This document shows, piece after piece, positions 1 through 10,544 of a stretch of DNA of 64,000 nucleotides (position 1 is the first letter of the stretch; each line of letters opens with the position of its first letter). The notes below the pieces were generated by a model. The model made no database searches, was not told the origin of the DNA, and worked only from the letters and a program-made list of their open reading frames with translations. The DNA comes from a virus: positions 1 to 64,000 of the IMG/VR virus record IMGVR_UViG_3300035670_008749, one strand, 5' to 3'. The translations under genes were made by a program, and so were the position numbers.

Positions 1-2
1 TC

Positions 3-760
3 TCAGGATCTTCAGGAACAAGTGGATCATCAGGATCTTCAGGAACTAGTGGAAGCTCAGGATCTTCAGGAACAAGTGGATCATCAGGATCTTCAGGAAC
101 TAGTGGAAGCTCAGGATCTTCAGGAACTAGTGGAAGCTCAGGATCTTCAGGAACATCAGGTTCTTCAGGAACAAGCGGATCTTCAGGAACTAGTGGAAGC
201 TCAGGATCTTCAGGAACAAGTGGATCATCAGGATCTTCAGGAACTAGTGGATCATCAGGATCTTCGGGAACATCAGGTTCTTCGGGAACTAGTGGATCTT
301 CGGGATCTTCAGGATCTTCAGGAACAAGTGGAACATCAGGTTCTTCAGGAACTAGTGGAAGCTCAGGATCTTCAGGAACTAGTGGATCTTCAGGAACTAG
401 TGGAAGCTCAGGATCTTCAGGAACAAGTGGTTCTTCAGGAACAAGTGGATCCTCAGGAACTAGTGGAAGCTCAGGATCTTCTGGAACAAGTGGAACTAGA
501 GGAACAAGTGGAACATCAGGTTCTTCTGGAACTAGTGGAAGCTCAGGATCTTCAGGAACAAGTGGATCATCAGGAACTAGTGGAAGCTCAGGATCTTCAG
601 GAACAAGTGGATCATCGGGAACATCAGGATCTTCAGGAACAAGTGGAAGCTCAGGATCTTCAGGAACTAGTGGATCTTCAGGAACTAGCGGAAGCTCAGG
701 ATCTTCAGGAACAAGTGGATCATCGGGAACATCGGGATCTTCAGGAACAAGTGGTACAGG
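3..760 (+). repeat. 9-bp-period degenerate tandem repeat encoding (G-S-S / G-T-S)n
   Basis: tcaggatct/tcaggaact/agtggaagc units; Gly at every third codon for about 250 codons. Confidence 0.95.
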
Positions 761-3437
761 ATTTACTGCTATTTCGCCGACGACAAACAATAATGTACTA
801 ACAGCTAACGGAACAACTAACACTGCTAATTCAGAACCAAATTTAACATTTAATGATTTAACTAATCTATTAACAGTTACAGGTACAGAAATAATAAATG
901 ATTCAACAAATAGCGGTATATCTCTAGAAATTAATTCTACTCCTTCTACTGCTGTTGCTTACACTTCTATTGACATTCTAACTCAGGGAGATGGCACAAA
1001 CGCTACGGATTTATTTGGAGTTAATGCTGATGTGTCTAAAGGAACACTCAAACAAGTAGCATTTAAAGGAAATGTTGATGGAGCAATTGATTACAATAGG
1101 GTATTCCAAGGTACTATAGCAAACGCAGCCAAAGGATCAGAAAATACTATATTTTATGGAGTCAACAGCGTTTCTACTAGCGCTAATGACGAAGAGTATG
1201 GATTTAATTTAACAGTTAATGGTAAAGGGTCTACAACTTCAGATAAATTTGGAGGATACATCTTAGTAGAAAACCCTAATAGAAAAAGTTTCGGAATAGA
1301 CATAGTGGTTAGAGATGCTGATGAGAACTACGGTATACGATCACAAGTTAAAGGAGGCAGTGGACCTGCTAATTACGCGGTTTATGCGTCAAATACATCT
1401 ACTATAGGAACAGCAGGGCCTGAACAGCAATGGGGAGGTTATTTTGAAGCAGCTGCTAGCGGGGATCCGGGAACAATGACAAAGTTCGGAATTCAGACGA
1501 TAGCTATAGGAGACGGATCTACTAACTATGGCGCAAACTTTTATGCTTCGGGTGCCGACCTTACCAACTATGGTTTATATTCTATGGTTGATGGACCTTC
1601 AGGAAGCATAGAAAACGTAGCAGTATTTGGAATAAATAGTTCGTCTATTTCTGCAGGAGGGGACTCAGAATATGGTGGATTCTTTATAGTTGACGCAAAG
1701 GGATCTCCCATAAGCACACTAAAGTACGGTGTGAGATCCATTGTAGATAGGTCAGGAGCAACAGGATACGGGGTACTTTCGCAAGTTAATGGTTCTGACA
1801 TTAATAACTATGGAGGTTATTTTGGAGTTAGTGGCACTTCAGGACCGGAAAACTACGGGGTTTACGCTTCTAACGAATCAGCTGTAGGCGCATTGAAGGA
1901 GGATCAGTGGGGAGGTTATTTTGAAGCAGTTGGTGCAGGACTCACCTCCGCAATGATCAAATATGGAGTTGACACTAGTGTTGCTAATGATGGAAGAATT
2001 AGCTATGGGGTTAGAACATCTGTTACCTCAGCAGATGAGTCTAACTGGGGAGTATATGCCGAGCTTAGCGGAACTTCTGGTGATAGAGGAAACGCGGCAG
2101 TATATGGAAGAAATAGCATTTCTAATCCTAACCCGCCAGGAAAAGGTGGACGTCCTGAATGGGGTGGATCCTTTGAAGTGGACGGAATAGGATTAACTGG
2201 AGGCACAGATAAGTTTGGCGTAGCTGGAAGAGTCACCCTAGCATCAAGATATTCATATGGAGTTTGGGGTCTTGCTCAAGATGCAGAAAGCGGTAGTTAC
2301 GGGGGATATTTTCTAGCCAAGGGAACTTCAGGATCAAATGCTGCTGTATCTGCAATAAACAGTTCTGTTAATGGCGCTGGATCTGATGCACAACACGGCG
2401 GATACTTTGAATCCTCTGGTGTAGGTTTACCATCATCAACAACCAAATATGGTATAGAAGCTAACGTAAACGGAAATGGTAAAACTCACTACGGGGTATT
2501 ATCGGTAGTTGAGGATGGAAACCAAACCAACTATGGCGTATATACAAAAGTACAGGGCACTTCTGGATCGAATTATGGAGTATACTCAATAAACGTATCT
2601 ACTGAGTCTGGTACTGACAGTCAATGGGCAGGATATTTTGAAGCATCTGCCACCGGAGGTTTAGGTACGAATAAGCACGGTATAGAGATATCAGTTAAAC
2701 ACTCAGCAGGAAATCACTACGGGGTTAAATCGGAAGTTCAGGGAGCCACTAACATTAATTACGGGGTAAAATCATCTGTCACAGGGTCAGCTGGTACAGC
2801 TAATTATGCAGTTCATGCAGTAAACTCTTCCTTTGATAACGGAGGCGGAGATACTCAATGGGGAGGATATTTCGAAGTTAGTGGGTCTTCGGGTTCAGGA
2901 GCTAAGTATGGCGTACAAGTTATTGCTACAGGAGCAGCTGGTACAAATTACGGAGTTCACGTAGAAACAACCTCAGGGAGCATTAATTATTCACTCTATG
3001 CTAATAAAGGAAGGCACACTTTCTATCACGATCCTAATACAGAATTAGGGGTAAATGATCCGGAAGGATATGGCGATATAGTGTATTTCGGCGGTGGGGG
3101 AAGCACATTTAATGCTGGTGATGTTGTTTATTTAGATAATGCGGGAGATTGGTTACAAACGGATGCAGCTGCAACTGGTACTGCCATTAATATGCTAGCT
3201 GTTGCACTAGGGACTGCCCCTAGTGATGGACTACTAGTTAGGGGATATGTTCGATATTCTGTATGGGGTTTTAACTCAGGAGAACCTCTATATTTAGAAA
3301 CTGGCGTACCTGGGGGAATTACAGGAACAGCTCCTAGTGCTGCTGGTGAAGTCGTAAGAATTATTGGGTATTGTACAGATGCAGCAAATAGGGATAAGAT
3401 CTACTTTAATCCCGATGGAAGTTGGATAGAAATATAA
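3..3437 (+). CDS. Tail/capsid fibre protein, 5'-truncated by the window: Gly-Ser/Thr-Ser collagen-like stalk, ~57-aa beta-rich repeats, C-terminal fibre/cement-like domain
   Basis: Frame 3 is open from base 3 (SGSSGTSGSSG...) through TGFTAISPTTNNNVLTANG into the tracked 1032..3437 ORF in the same frame. The true start is upstream of the window. Confidence 0.8.
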   Translation, partial: SGSSGTSGSSGSSGTSGSSGSSGTSGSSGSSGTSGSSGSSGTSGSSGSSGTSGSSGTSGSSGTSGSSGSSGTSGSSGSSGTSGSSGSSGTSGSSGTSGSSGSSGSSGTSGTSGSSGTSGSSGSSGTSGSSGTSGSSGSSGTSGSSGTSGSSGTSGSSGSSGTSGTRGTSGTSGSSGTSGSSGSSGTSGSSGTSGSSGSSGTSGSSGTSGSSGTSGSSGSSGTSGSSGTSGSSGSSGTSGSSGTSGSSGTSGTGFTAISPTTNNNVLTANGTTNTANSEPNLTFNDLTNLLTVTGTEIINDSTNSGISLEINSTPSTAVAYTSIDILTQGDGTNATDLFGVNADVSKGTLKQVAFKGNVDGAIDYNRVFQGTIANAAKGSENTIFYGVNSVSTSANDEEYGFNLTVNGKGSTTSDKFGGYILVENPNRKSFGIDIVVRDADENYGIRSQVKGGSGPANYAVYASNTSTIGTAGPEQQWGGYFEAAASGDPGTMTKFGIQTIAIGDGSTNYGANFYASGADLTNYGLYSMVDGPSGSIENVAVFGINSSSISAGGDSEYGGFFIVDAKGSPISTLKYGVRSIVDRSGATGYGVLSQVNGSDINNYGGYFGVSGTSGPENYGVYASNESAVGALKEDQWGGYFEAVGAGLTSAMIKYGVDTSVANDGRISYGVRTSVTSADESNWGVYAELSGTSGDRGNAAVYGRNSISNPNPPGKGGRPEWGGSFEVDGIGLTGGTDKFGVAGRVTLASRYSYGVWGLAQDAESGSYGGYFLAKGTSGSNAAVSAINSSVNGAGSDAQHGGYFESSGVGLPSSTTKYGIEANVNGNGKTHYGVLSVVEDGNQTNYGVYTKVQGTSGSNYGVYSINVSTESGTDSQWAGYFEASATGGLGTNKHGIEISVKHSAGNHYGVKSEVQGATNINYGVKSSVTGSAGTANYAVHAVNSSFDNGGGDTQWGGYFEVSGSSGSGAKYGVQVIATGAAGTNYGVHVETTSGSINYSLYANKGRHTFYHDPNTELGVNDPEGYGDIVYFGGGGSTFNAGDVVYLDNAGDWLQTDAAATGTAINMLAVALGTAPSDGLLVRGYVRYSVWGFNSGEPLYLETGVPGGITGTAPSAAGEVVRIIGYCTDAANRDKIYFNPDGSWIEI
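1290..3000 (+). repeat. Degenerate ~57-aa protein repeats in the fibre (NYGVY..V.GTSG..NYAVYA.N.S...QWGGYFEA.G....KYG)
   Basis: About 7-8 recurrences of (Q/E)(W/Y/H)GG(Y/F)F and NYG motifs in the translation. Confidence 0.75.
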
Positions 3438-3441
3438 TATT

Positions 3442-4611
3442 ATGCCTAAGGTAAACGGAGCAACTATAACATCAGAATCTAAAATAATGGGTAGAAGTGT
3501 TACCTCCATGTCGGGAATTATGGGGGTTAAAACCAAGAACATCCCCGGTTGGCCATCTGCTGCTTCTGGTCCTACTAATATTAGTCCCCCAGATATATTT
3601 GCCAACATCAGTCCGCCTCTGCTTTGGAACAATTACGGTGCACAAGCTAGCAGAGGAATATGGACCGGCACAGGAGACATATCATATCTTTATAAATGGT
3701 TTTCCAACGGCGAACTTATATCAACACAAGGTCCCTATCCATACGTAGATAGTAAAGGTAATATAAACGATTCCCCTCCTACGATAATGGTCGGACCTAG
3801 CGTGATGTTTACCACATTGGAGCTTCAAGTAACTGCGACTGATGATCTTGGTTCAACCACAGTTTCGACAAGTGCCCCGGTAGAGGATGCTAATTTAAAT
3901 ACCTTCCTAGCAAATTCGGGAATATCAGCTGAAAATAGAGTTGCAGCCTTGCAGTATTTACAAAAAGAGCTGATCGTTGGTGGTATTTTATCTAACAACT
4001 CGGCTAATTTAGATTATTATCCTTTTGCGGGAGAGGATGAATATCAAAATAAATGGTCTCTTGGAAATCCCTCTGAATATTTACAGTTTAGTGGATCCTG
4101 GAGTCATAGTGCTAATGGATCACAAACTAATGGAGGAATAGCAACAAGTACGAAGACATTTAATAATGAAATTAATAATCTGACCTGGGCTTATGGAATG
4201 TACACTAATACTAACGTGACAGAAAGCTCAATAGACCTATCTTTTAATACTATATACGGAAACTGGGAATTTGGAGCACAGCGTGATGTAGAAGGAGCAA
4301 GAAAAGTCTATTGGACTAGGCCAGGGGGAACAATTGATACTTCTATATCATCAGTAAGCTCAACTGGGCTTTCTGGACTATATAGGTACGGGCAAAATCC
4401 GCCTAATGAAATGATAGTAATATCCGGCGGAACAGTTCTGGGTCCAGTTTCTTTTGTGGGGGTATTCGAAGCAGCAAGAGGATATACTTTCGTTATAGGT
4501 GGGACAGGATCGACTAAAAACTTCCAATTTGCTTTTAATGGAAACAACTTTGTATATTGGGGACCACTTAAAACTATCCTAGAGAATTATAACACGATGT
4601 TAGGTAGATAA
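3442..4611 (+). CDS. Putative virion fibre-associated protein (Ig-like plus beta-sandwich domains)
   Basis: 389-aa ORF tightly coupled to the fibre gene; Ser/Gly/Asn-rich; YLYKW...LQVTATD Ig-like pattern. Confidence 0.55.
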   Translation: MPKVNGATITSESKIMGRSVTSMSGIMGVKTKNIPGWPSAASGPTNISPPDIFANISPPLLWNNYGAQASRGIWTGTGDISYLYKWFSNGELISTQGPYPYVDSKGNINDSPPTIMVGPSVMFTTLELQVTATDDLGSTTVSTSAPVEDANLNTFLANSGISAENRVAALQYLQKELIVGGILSNNSANLDYYPFAGEDEYQNKWSLGNPSEYLQFSGSWSHSANGSQTNGGIATSTKTFNNEINNLTWAYGMYTNTNVTESSIDLSFNTIYGNWEFGAQRDVEGARKVYWTRPGGTIDTSISSVSSTGLSGLYRYGQNPPNEMIVISGGTVLGPVSFVGVFEAARGYTFVIGGTGSTKNFQFAFNGNNFVYWGPLKTILENYNTMLGR

Positions 4612-4626
4612 TATATAAATATTGAA

Positions 4627-5658
4627 ATGGCTAGAGCTTTCGCATACAGTGCATCAGGAACACCTATCCCAGGAACAAAGAAATTATCAACTTTGTATTT
4701 CCAGGATGAGAACCTCGATTATTCATCAAATCCAGGTGGATTAACTTGGTGGCAGGGACCAGATGAAAATTTGGGATATATTATAACAAGAGCAGTTCCA
4801 TCACAGGATCACCCAACTCCTCTTGGGAATATAGGATCTGTAAAATTTTTTAGAACATCATCTTTTACAGAATCTGAGTTTATTTCTTTAGCACAATCAA
4901 TAGCTGGGCAAACCTTTGTTAGTGGAGATGCAGCTAAAATCTGGCTTAATTCTAATAACTATTGGACTTCTTATGAATCAATATATAATCCCACACTTCA
5001 GGTTTACTTAGACGCGGGTAATTCTTCGTCATACGGAGGAGTTGGTTCAACATGGAACGATTTAAGCGGAATAGGAAATAATGCAACACTAATTAATACT
5101 CCCACTTACAATTCATCGTCTGGCGGATATTTTAGTTTTAGCGATACATCATTTGAATATGCAACTATTCCCAACATTGGAGATCTATCCACTTGGACAG
5201 TTGAGGCTTGGGCTAGACCACAAAAATCATTAACAGGAAAGGTCACAATGATTGTTGGTAATCAATATAATCTAGCAACAAAGCTTAATTTTTCGCTCGG
5301 AACTAATAATGCTCCAACTAATTATAACATGACTGCAGGATTTTTTGACGGATCGTGGAAAAGCGCTAATGGTTATACGGTTCCCACATTAAATACCTGG
5401 TACCATTTTGTTGGAACATACGATGGATCAACGGTTAAATTATACGTTAACGGATCATTGTCATCTTCTTTTTCTGTATCAGGAACTCCTCAATCTGGGG
5501 GCGAAATTAGAATAGCAAGAAGATGGGACAGTGCATCTAATAATGCAGCAAACTTCTTTGATGGTGATATAAGTATAGTTAGAGTTTATGGAAGCGCTCT
5601 TAATTTAGTAGATGTACAAGGTAATTTTAACGCATCAAGACACAGATATTCTATTTAA
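4627..5658 (+). CDS. LamG/concanavalin A-like lectin domain virion protein with shared N-terminal module
   Basis: YLDAGN..SY.G.G.TW.DLSG, WYHFVGTYDGSTVKLYVNG and F.GDISIVRVY..AL motifs typical of phage LamG_3 domains. Confidence 0.85.
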   Translation: MARAFAYSASGTPIPGTKKLSTLYFQDENLDYSSNPGGLTWWQGPDENLGYIITRAVPSQDHPTPLGNIGSVKFFRTSSFTESEFISLAQSIAGQTFVSGDAAKIWLNSNNYWTSYESIYNPTLQVYLDAGNSSSYGGVGSTWNDLSGIGNNATLINTPTYNSSSGGYFSFSDTSFEYATIPNIGDLSTWTVEAWARPQKSLTGKVTMIVGNQYNLATKLNFSLGTNNAPTNYNMTAGFFDGSWKSANGYTVPTLNTWYHFVGTYDGSTVKLYVNGSLSSSFSVSGTPQSGGEIRIARRWDSASNNAANFFDGDISIVRVYGSALNLVDVQGNFNASRHRYSI

Positions 5659-5659
5659 T

Positions 5660-6442
5660 ATGGCATCAAGACAGTTTGCATACAATCCCACACAGGCTTC
5701 TATATCTGGAGCAACTTTAGTTGGAACTTTAGCTGTTGGAAGTAGCTCATTAGATTATTCATCAGATCCAGGAGGAATAGATTGGTGGATGGGACCGGAA
5801 GAAAGTACAGGATATGTTATAGCTACCGTTCATACACCATCTGATTTTCCTACCCCAGTAGGAAATGTAGGTACAGTTAAATTCTGGAGAACAAATGCTC
5901 TTAGCGACAGCGAATTTAGAAGTCTAGCAGAATACATAACCGGACAAACTTTTGTCGATGCAGCGGCAGCTAAAACATATTTAAATAATAATAGTTACTG
6001 GACTTCTTGGGCTCCTTCCGCAGTTACATTTTCACAGACATTCACGGGCGGGCAAGCACCGTCCACAGCCACAGAAAACGCATGGACAACATTTAGATCA
6101 CAGCTTACAGGATCTTATACAAGCATGGCTCTTTCAAATAATCTAGGACACAGTATTACAGTTACTGATGCAACTAAAGTACAAGACATAGCTAATGCTT
6201 TAAGAACAGCTACTACGGGTACAAACACCACAGTAGTTATAGGAGCTAATACATGGAGAATAGCTCACGGATGCGTAGCTGGTACTCCTAATGCTAATTC
6301 AATATATTTAACGACTGGAGGATTATGTACATGCGGAGGAACATACACAGTAAGACCCATGATAAAAAATGCCAATTGGGGAGGATTAAATGGAAGTTCT
6401 TGTAACCAGCCTACCCAAACAATAACGCTAACTTTCACATAA
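5660..6442 (+). CDS. Virion protein with N-terminal module paralogous to 4627..5658 and a different Cys-containing C-terminal domain
   Basis: ATG at 5660, in frame with the tracked 5612 start; LDYSS.PGG..WW.GP and N.YWTS shared with the upstream gene. Confidence 0.75.
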   Translation: MASRQFAYNPTQASISGATLVGTLAVGSSSLDYSSDPGGIDWWMGPEESTGYVIATVHTPSDFPTPVGNVGTVKFWRTNALSDSEFRSLAEYITGQTFVDAAAAKTYLNNNSYWTSWAPSAVTFSQTFTGGQAPSTATENAWTTFRSQLTGSYTSMALSNNLGHSITVTDATKVQDIANALRTATTGTNTTVVIGANTWRIAHGCVAGTPNANSIYLTTGGLCTCGGTYTVRPMIKNANWGGLNGSSCNQPTQTITLTFT

Positions 6443-6443
6443 T

Positions 6444-6578
6444 ATGTACTATATAATAGATTTAAGAAAAGACCCACCAGAAAAAGTTCCGGATGTGCAG
6501 TTCGAAACACAGGAAGAATGCTGTAACTGGATAGATGAAAATGGAGACGCATCCATTTACATTATAATCGAAGAATAA
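6444..6578 (+). CDS. Small hypothetical protein (44 aa, MYYIIDLRKDPPEKVPDVQFETQEECCNWIDENG...)
   Basis: ATG 1 nt after the previous stop, fills the gap; below the ORF-track length cutoff. Confidence 0.6.
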   Translation: MYYIIDLRKDPPEKVPDVQFETQEECCNWIDENGDASIYIIIEE

Positions 6579-6591
6579 TTCAATAACTCAA

Positions 6592-6620
6592 GAAAACTTT
6601 AATCATAAAAGGTCTATAAT
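6592..6620 (+). promoter_or_regulatory. Class B promoter-like motif GAAA-N19-TATAAT
   Basis: Same spacing at 30483, 37485, 51787 and 60408. Confidence 0.55.
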
Positions 6621-6637
6621 TTTTAATATAGATAATT

Positions 6638-9600
6638 ATGATTAAAGTTAGAGCTCACACTTGCTATTTAGGCCACAGTGGATATTCAGCACATTCAAGA
6701 TCTTTTTTTAGAGAACTTTCTAAACATGTTGATTTAAGAATAAGGAATTACACATGGGATTCAAATCCTGATTATATAAATGAAACAGACCTAGAAATAA
6801 TCGACAGAATAACTCTTAGAGATCCCGACGGAAAAGATAGCGACTATCCTATTTCACATTCATTTCCAAACTTAAATTGGAAAAATGTAAATTCGGAATT
6901 TACTCCAGATGTTGACATAGTCCTAATGGACATGGATCATTTCTATTTTTACGAAGAATATAATTCTAAAATAAAAATAGCATACACCGTATGGGAAAGC
7001 ACTGAGATACCAAATCACTTCTTTAAACAACTACTAAAATTTGATTACCTCTGGGTAGCCACAGAGTGGCACAAAGAAGTAATAGTAAATCAAGGATATC
7101 CAGAATTTAGAGTCTTTGTAGTAAACGAAGGAGTTAGCAATGAATTTTTTAATGAGGATGGATTTGCAGTTCCAGAGGACTATAATGATAATAGATTTAA
7201 ATTTATTTTCTTTGGTAGATGGGACTATAGAAAATCAGTTCCAGAAATAATAGATTCTTTTCTAAAGGCTTTTCCTAATAACGAGCCAGTAGATCTTATA
7301 ATAAGTGCGGATAATCCATACGCAGTTGATGGAATGAATAGCACAGAAGAAAGAATGAATCACTATGGATTTAATGACGAGAGAATAAAAATAAAACACT
7401 TCTTAACTAGAGAACAGTATGTAAACTACATAAAGAGTGGACATGTGCTAATAACTTGTGCTAGGAGCGAAGGGTGGAATATTCCCCTTATTGAAGCTAT
7501 GGCAGCAGGAACACCAGTGATCTACTCAGATTGGGGAGCTCAATTAGAATTTGCGGGAGGAAAAGGATCTCCCGTAAAAATAAGGACAGAACTACCAGCT
7601 TCGCTTGGTGCAGATCTAGGATTTGCTGGTAACACACCAGGACTTTATGCAGAACCAGACTACGAGGACTTAATAGAGGTATTAAAAGATTGCTTTAATA
7701 ATTATCAGGAGAAAAAAGAGTCTGCTGTTAAGCAGTCTGTTGAAATAAAACAAAAATACAATTGGGAAAAAATAGGGGAGAATGGATATTTCACACTACT
7801 AAAAGTTCTTCCTAGAAAAATAGAGTCAACTCCAAAGGGTGAAGCGGCTGTTGTTCTTTCACATTGCGAGACTAGAGATAAACTTTTGTGCCTAACTAGA
7901 TGTTTGATCAATTTGAAGTCTCAGGGATACTTTGTTATATTATCTTCCCATATATCAGTTCCCGATTACATATTAGATATGTGTGATTATTTTGTATGTG
8001 AAACAGATAATCCTATAGTGGAGAAAAAAGAGTATCACGCTCTTTCAAGAACCACACCAGTTCATTGGTTCAACTATCCAGGAGAATATCAGCTATCGTA
8101 TCCTTTCGATTTTAATCATGGATTTGCAGCTTTAAGACTTATTCAGAATGGTGTTAATGTAGCTATTCAAAACGGATTCAACAAAACACACTTTATAAAT
8201 TATGATTATATAATAGAAGATGAATCAACTATTCCTTCACACTCAGAAGCTTTAGATAGTTTTTCAGTGGTAAGTTATTTATGGAATGCTTATAAATCCA
8301 TCAATTCTGGATTTTTCTCTGCTATAAGCCAAGATTTGTATAAAGCTATAGAATCTACAAGAAAAAAAGCTGACTATTTTAGATTCGATGAGGTTGTAAT
8401 ATTAGAAGACTTTCTTTTCAGATGTATAGAAGAAAGCAGTTTATCGATCAATATAAGAGATCCTAAGGACGAAAAAAAGAAAAATATATTTAACTCCTTC
8501 ATGGTTAAAACTTATCCTTATATAAAGACAAATAAAGGCGGGTACGCTCATATTTATTTAGGTAAAGAAACATCAACAGGAGAGCACTTTGTATGCGTTT
8601 CAGGAACACAAGAAGAGGAGATAAAAGCAGAAATTATATACAACGGAGAAAGTGTAGAAGTCAAAGCACCATTCCATCCTATGAAATTTTTCACAATCCC
8701 AGATGAAATGATGAATAATGGATTTGAAGTTTATGTGCCCGAGTATGATATAAAATATGAATATTCTAAGGATTCTAAATATGCTGATATCAACATACAT
8801 AATAAGGACCTAATTTTTAATCTTTACGAGAGAGAACCTAAATTTAATATCCATTTTATAGATGGTCCTTTCGTAGAAATTAAGAACACTCCCGGTGGAG
8901 TTTTCTTAGTCCAATTCATAGACTCTGACACTAATACTATAAAATACGAGACAGTACTACAGAATAATCATTGGGCAAGATCCTCTTTTAAATACTATAT
9001 AAACTGGTTAATCAAGCTAACTAATTTAAAAACAAATAAAGTTTATGAGTATAGACAAGATTTAACAGGGAAAAGAATTCTTATTTCTTTTGAATCCTCT
9101 TCGTTAGGCGACACCTTAGCTTGGGTTCCTTATGCTGATGAGCTAAGAAAAAAATACAATGCTGATGTTTATGTGTCAACATTTAAAAATTCATTATTTT
9201 CTGGTCAATACCCAGAAGTAAAATTTATTCAACCTGGAACACCTGTTGATAATTTATATGCTTTATATAGGATAGGATGGTTTTATGATGGTGATAGATT
9301 CAATAGCTCTTTGAATCCATCGGACTTTAAAAATGAACCTTTACAAAAAACTGCTTCGGATATCTTAGGAATTGAGTATAGCCCAATACCAGCAAAGCTT
9401 AACTTACCAGATTTACCTAAACCTTTACAAGAACCCTATGTTTGTATTGCTATCCATTCAACAGCACAAGCTAAATACTGGAATAATCCTACAGGATGGC
9501 AAGAAGTTACAGATTGGCTAATATCAAATGGATATAAAGTTGTAATGCTGAGCCTAGAAGAAGATGGATACATGGGTAATTATTATCCAAAGGGTATAAC

Positions 9601-10543
9601 GCTAGTAGAAGGGGAAAGGAGCTTAACAAATGCAATAAACTATTTACAGCATTCTGAAATGTTTATAGGTATTGGATCTGGACTAAGCTGGCTTTCATGG
9701 TCTGCTGGTATACCAACAGTGATTATTTCAGGATTCAGTAATCCTATTACAGAACCTCTAGATGACAAGATAATAAGAATATTTAATGATCAAACATGTA
9801 ACAGCTGTTTTAACAGATATAGATTAGATGCAGGTGATTGGAATTGGTGTCCAGACCACAAAGGAACAGAAAGACAATTCGAATGTACTAAATCTATTAC
9901 AGGTTCTTCTGTAATAAAAGAAATATCTAAATTTCTAAATTTTAAAACACATCAAAAATCAGTAGGGACTATAATCGATGAATCATACTCTCTAGGAATG
10001 ATACAAAATCTAAGTGAGATAACGCAAGCAGCAGAGTTTTTTAAACAGATGAATGTTAAAAATTTCATGGAAATAGGAACAGATCAAGGGGGAACTTTTG
10101 CAATATGGAGCAAGCTATCAGAAGATGGTATAAGAATATCAGTTGATATGCCACACGGTACTTATGGAGTGAGCAGCTATGATGTGAATAAAAGAGATGA
10201 ATATCTTAGATCATTAGGTAGTAACGTAACCATGATACATGGAGATTCACACTCGGAAGAAATAAAAAATAGAATTTCATCTATGTTAAAAGAGGGGGAA
10301 TTAGATTTCCTTTTTATAGACGGAGATCACACATATGAAGGAGTTAAAAAAGATTACGAAGACTATAAGAAGTATGTTAAAGAAGGAGGATGGATAGGAT
10401 TTCATGACATAAAAGACACGGAGTTTCATAGGAACGCAAACTGTAGAGTTGATCTTTTATGGAATGAATTAGGAGGAGAAAAAATAGAATTTGTAGACAA
10501 TTCATCGCAGTATGGAGGAATAGGATTTATTAAAAAACAATAA
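6638..10543 (+). CDS. Multidomain enzyme: GT4 glycosyltransferase + unknown domain + TibC/AAH-like (BAHT) protein O-heptosyltransferase-like domain + class I SAM methyltransferase
   Basis: GT4: GRWDYRK, SEGWNIPLIEAMAAGTPVI. BAHT: SSSLGDTLAW, IGIGSGLSWLSW, CNSC...WCPDHKGTERQFEC. MTase: MEIGTDQGG, FIDGDHTY, GG.IGFHD. Confidence 0.85.
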   Translation: MIKVRAHTCYLGHSGYSAHSRSFFRELSKHVDLRIRNYTWDSNPDYINETDLEIIDRITLRDPDGKDSDYPISHSFPNLNWKNVNSEFTPDVDIVLMDMDHFYFYEEYNSKIKIAYTVWESTEIPNHFFKQLLKFDYLWVATEWHKEVIVNQGYPEFRVFVVNEGVSNEFFNEDGFAVPEDYNDNRFKFIFFGRWDYRKSVPEIIDSFLKAFPNNEPVDLIISADNPYAVDGMNSTEERMNHYGFNDERIKIKHFLTREQYVNYIKSGHVLITCARSEGWNIPLIEAMAAGTPVIYSDWGAQLEFAGGKGSPVKIRTELPASLGADLGFAGNTPGLYAEPDYEDLIEVLKDCFNNYQEKKESAVKQSVEIKQKYNWEKIGENGYFTLLKVLPRKIESTPKGEAAVVLSHCETRDKLLCLTRCLINLKSQGYFVILSSHISVPDYILDMCDYFVCETDNPIVEKKEYHALSRTTPVHWFNYPGEYQLSYPFDFNHGFAALRLIQNGVNVAIQNGFNKTHFINYDYIIEDESTIPSHSEALDSFSVVSYLWNAYKSINSGFFSAISQDLYKAIESTRKKADYFRFDEVVILEDFLFRCIEESSLSINIRDPKDEKKKNIFNSFMVKTYPYIKTNKGGYAHIYLGKETSTGEHFVCVSGTQEEEIKAEIIYNGESVEVKAPFHPMKFFTIPDEMMNNGFEVYVPEYDIKYEYSKDSKYADINIHNKDLIFNLYEREPKFNIHFIDGPFVEIKNTPGGVFLVQFIDSDTNTIKYETVLQNNHWARSSFKYYINWLIKLTNLKTNKVYEYRQDLTGKRILISFESSSLGDTLAWVPYADELRKKYNADVYVSTFKNSLFSGQYPEVKFIQPGTPVDNLYALYRIGWFYDGDRFNSSLNPSDFKNEPLQKTASDILGIEYSPIPAKLNLPDLPKPLQEPYVCIAIHSTAQAKYWNNPTGWQEVTDWLISNGYKVVMLSLEEDGYMGNYYPKGITLVEGERSLTNAINYLQHSEMFIGIGSGLSWLSWSAGIPTVIISGFSNPITEPLDDKIIRIFNDQTCNSCFNRYRLDAGDWNWCPDHKGTERQFECTKSITGSSVIKEISKFLNFKTHQKSVGTIIDESYSLGMIQNLSEITQAAEFFKQMNVKNFMEIGTDQGGTFAIWSKLSEDGIRISVDMPHGTYGVSSYDVNKRDEYLRSLGSNVTMIHGDSHSEEIKNRISSMLKEGELDFLFIDGDHTYEGVKKDYEDYKKYVKEGGWIGFHDIKDTEFHRNANCRVDLLWNELGGEKIEFVDNSSQYGGIGFIKKQ

Positions 10544-10544
10544 T

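Noticed and set aside
1-760. Possible CRISPR array or non-coding satellite
   Set aside because: 9-bp codon-phased units with synonymous variation and no unique spacers; no cas genes.
22-801. Tracked 259-aa QDLQELVE repeat ORF
   Set aside because: Shadow frame of the G-S-S repeat; frame 3 is continuous with the downstream fibre ORF.
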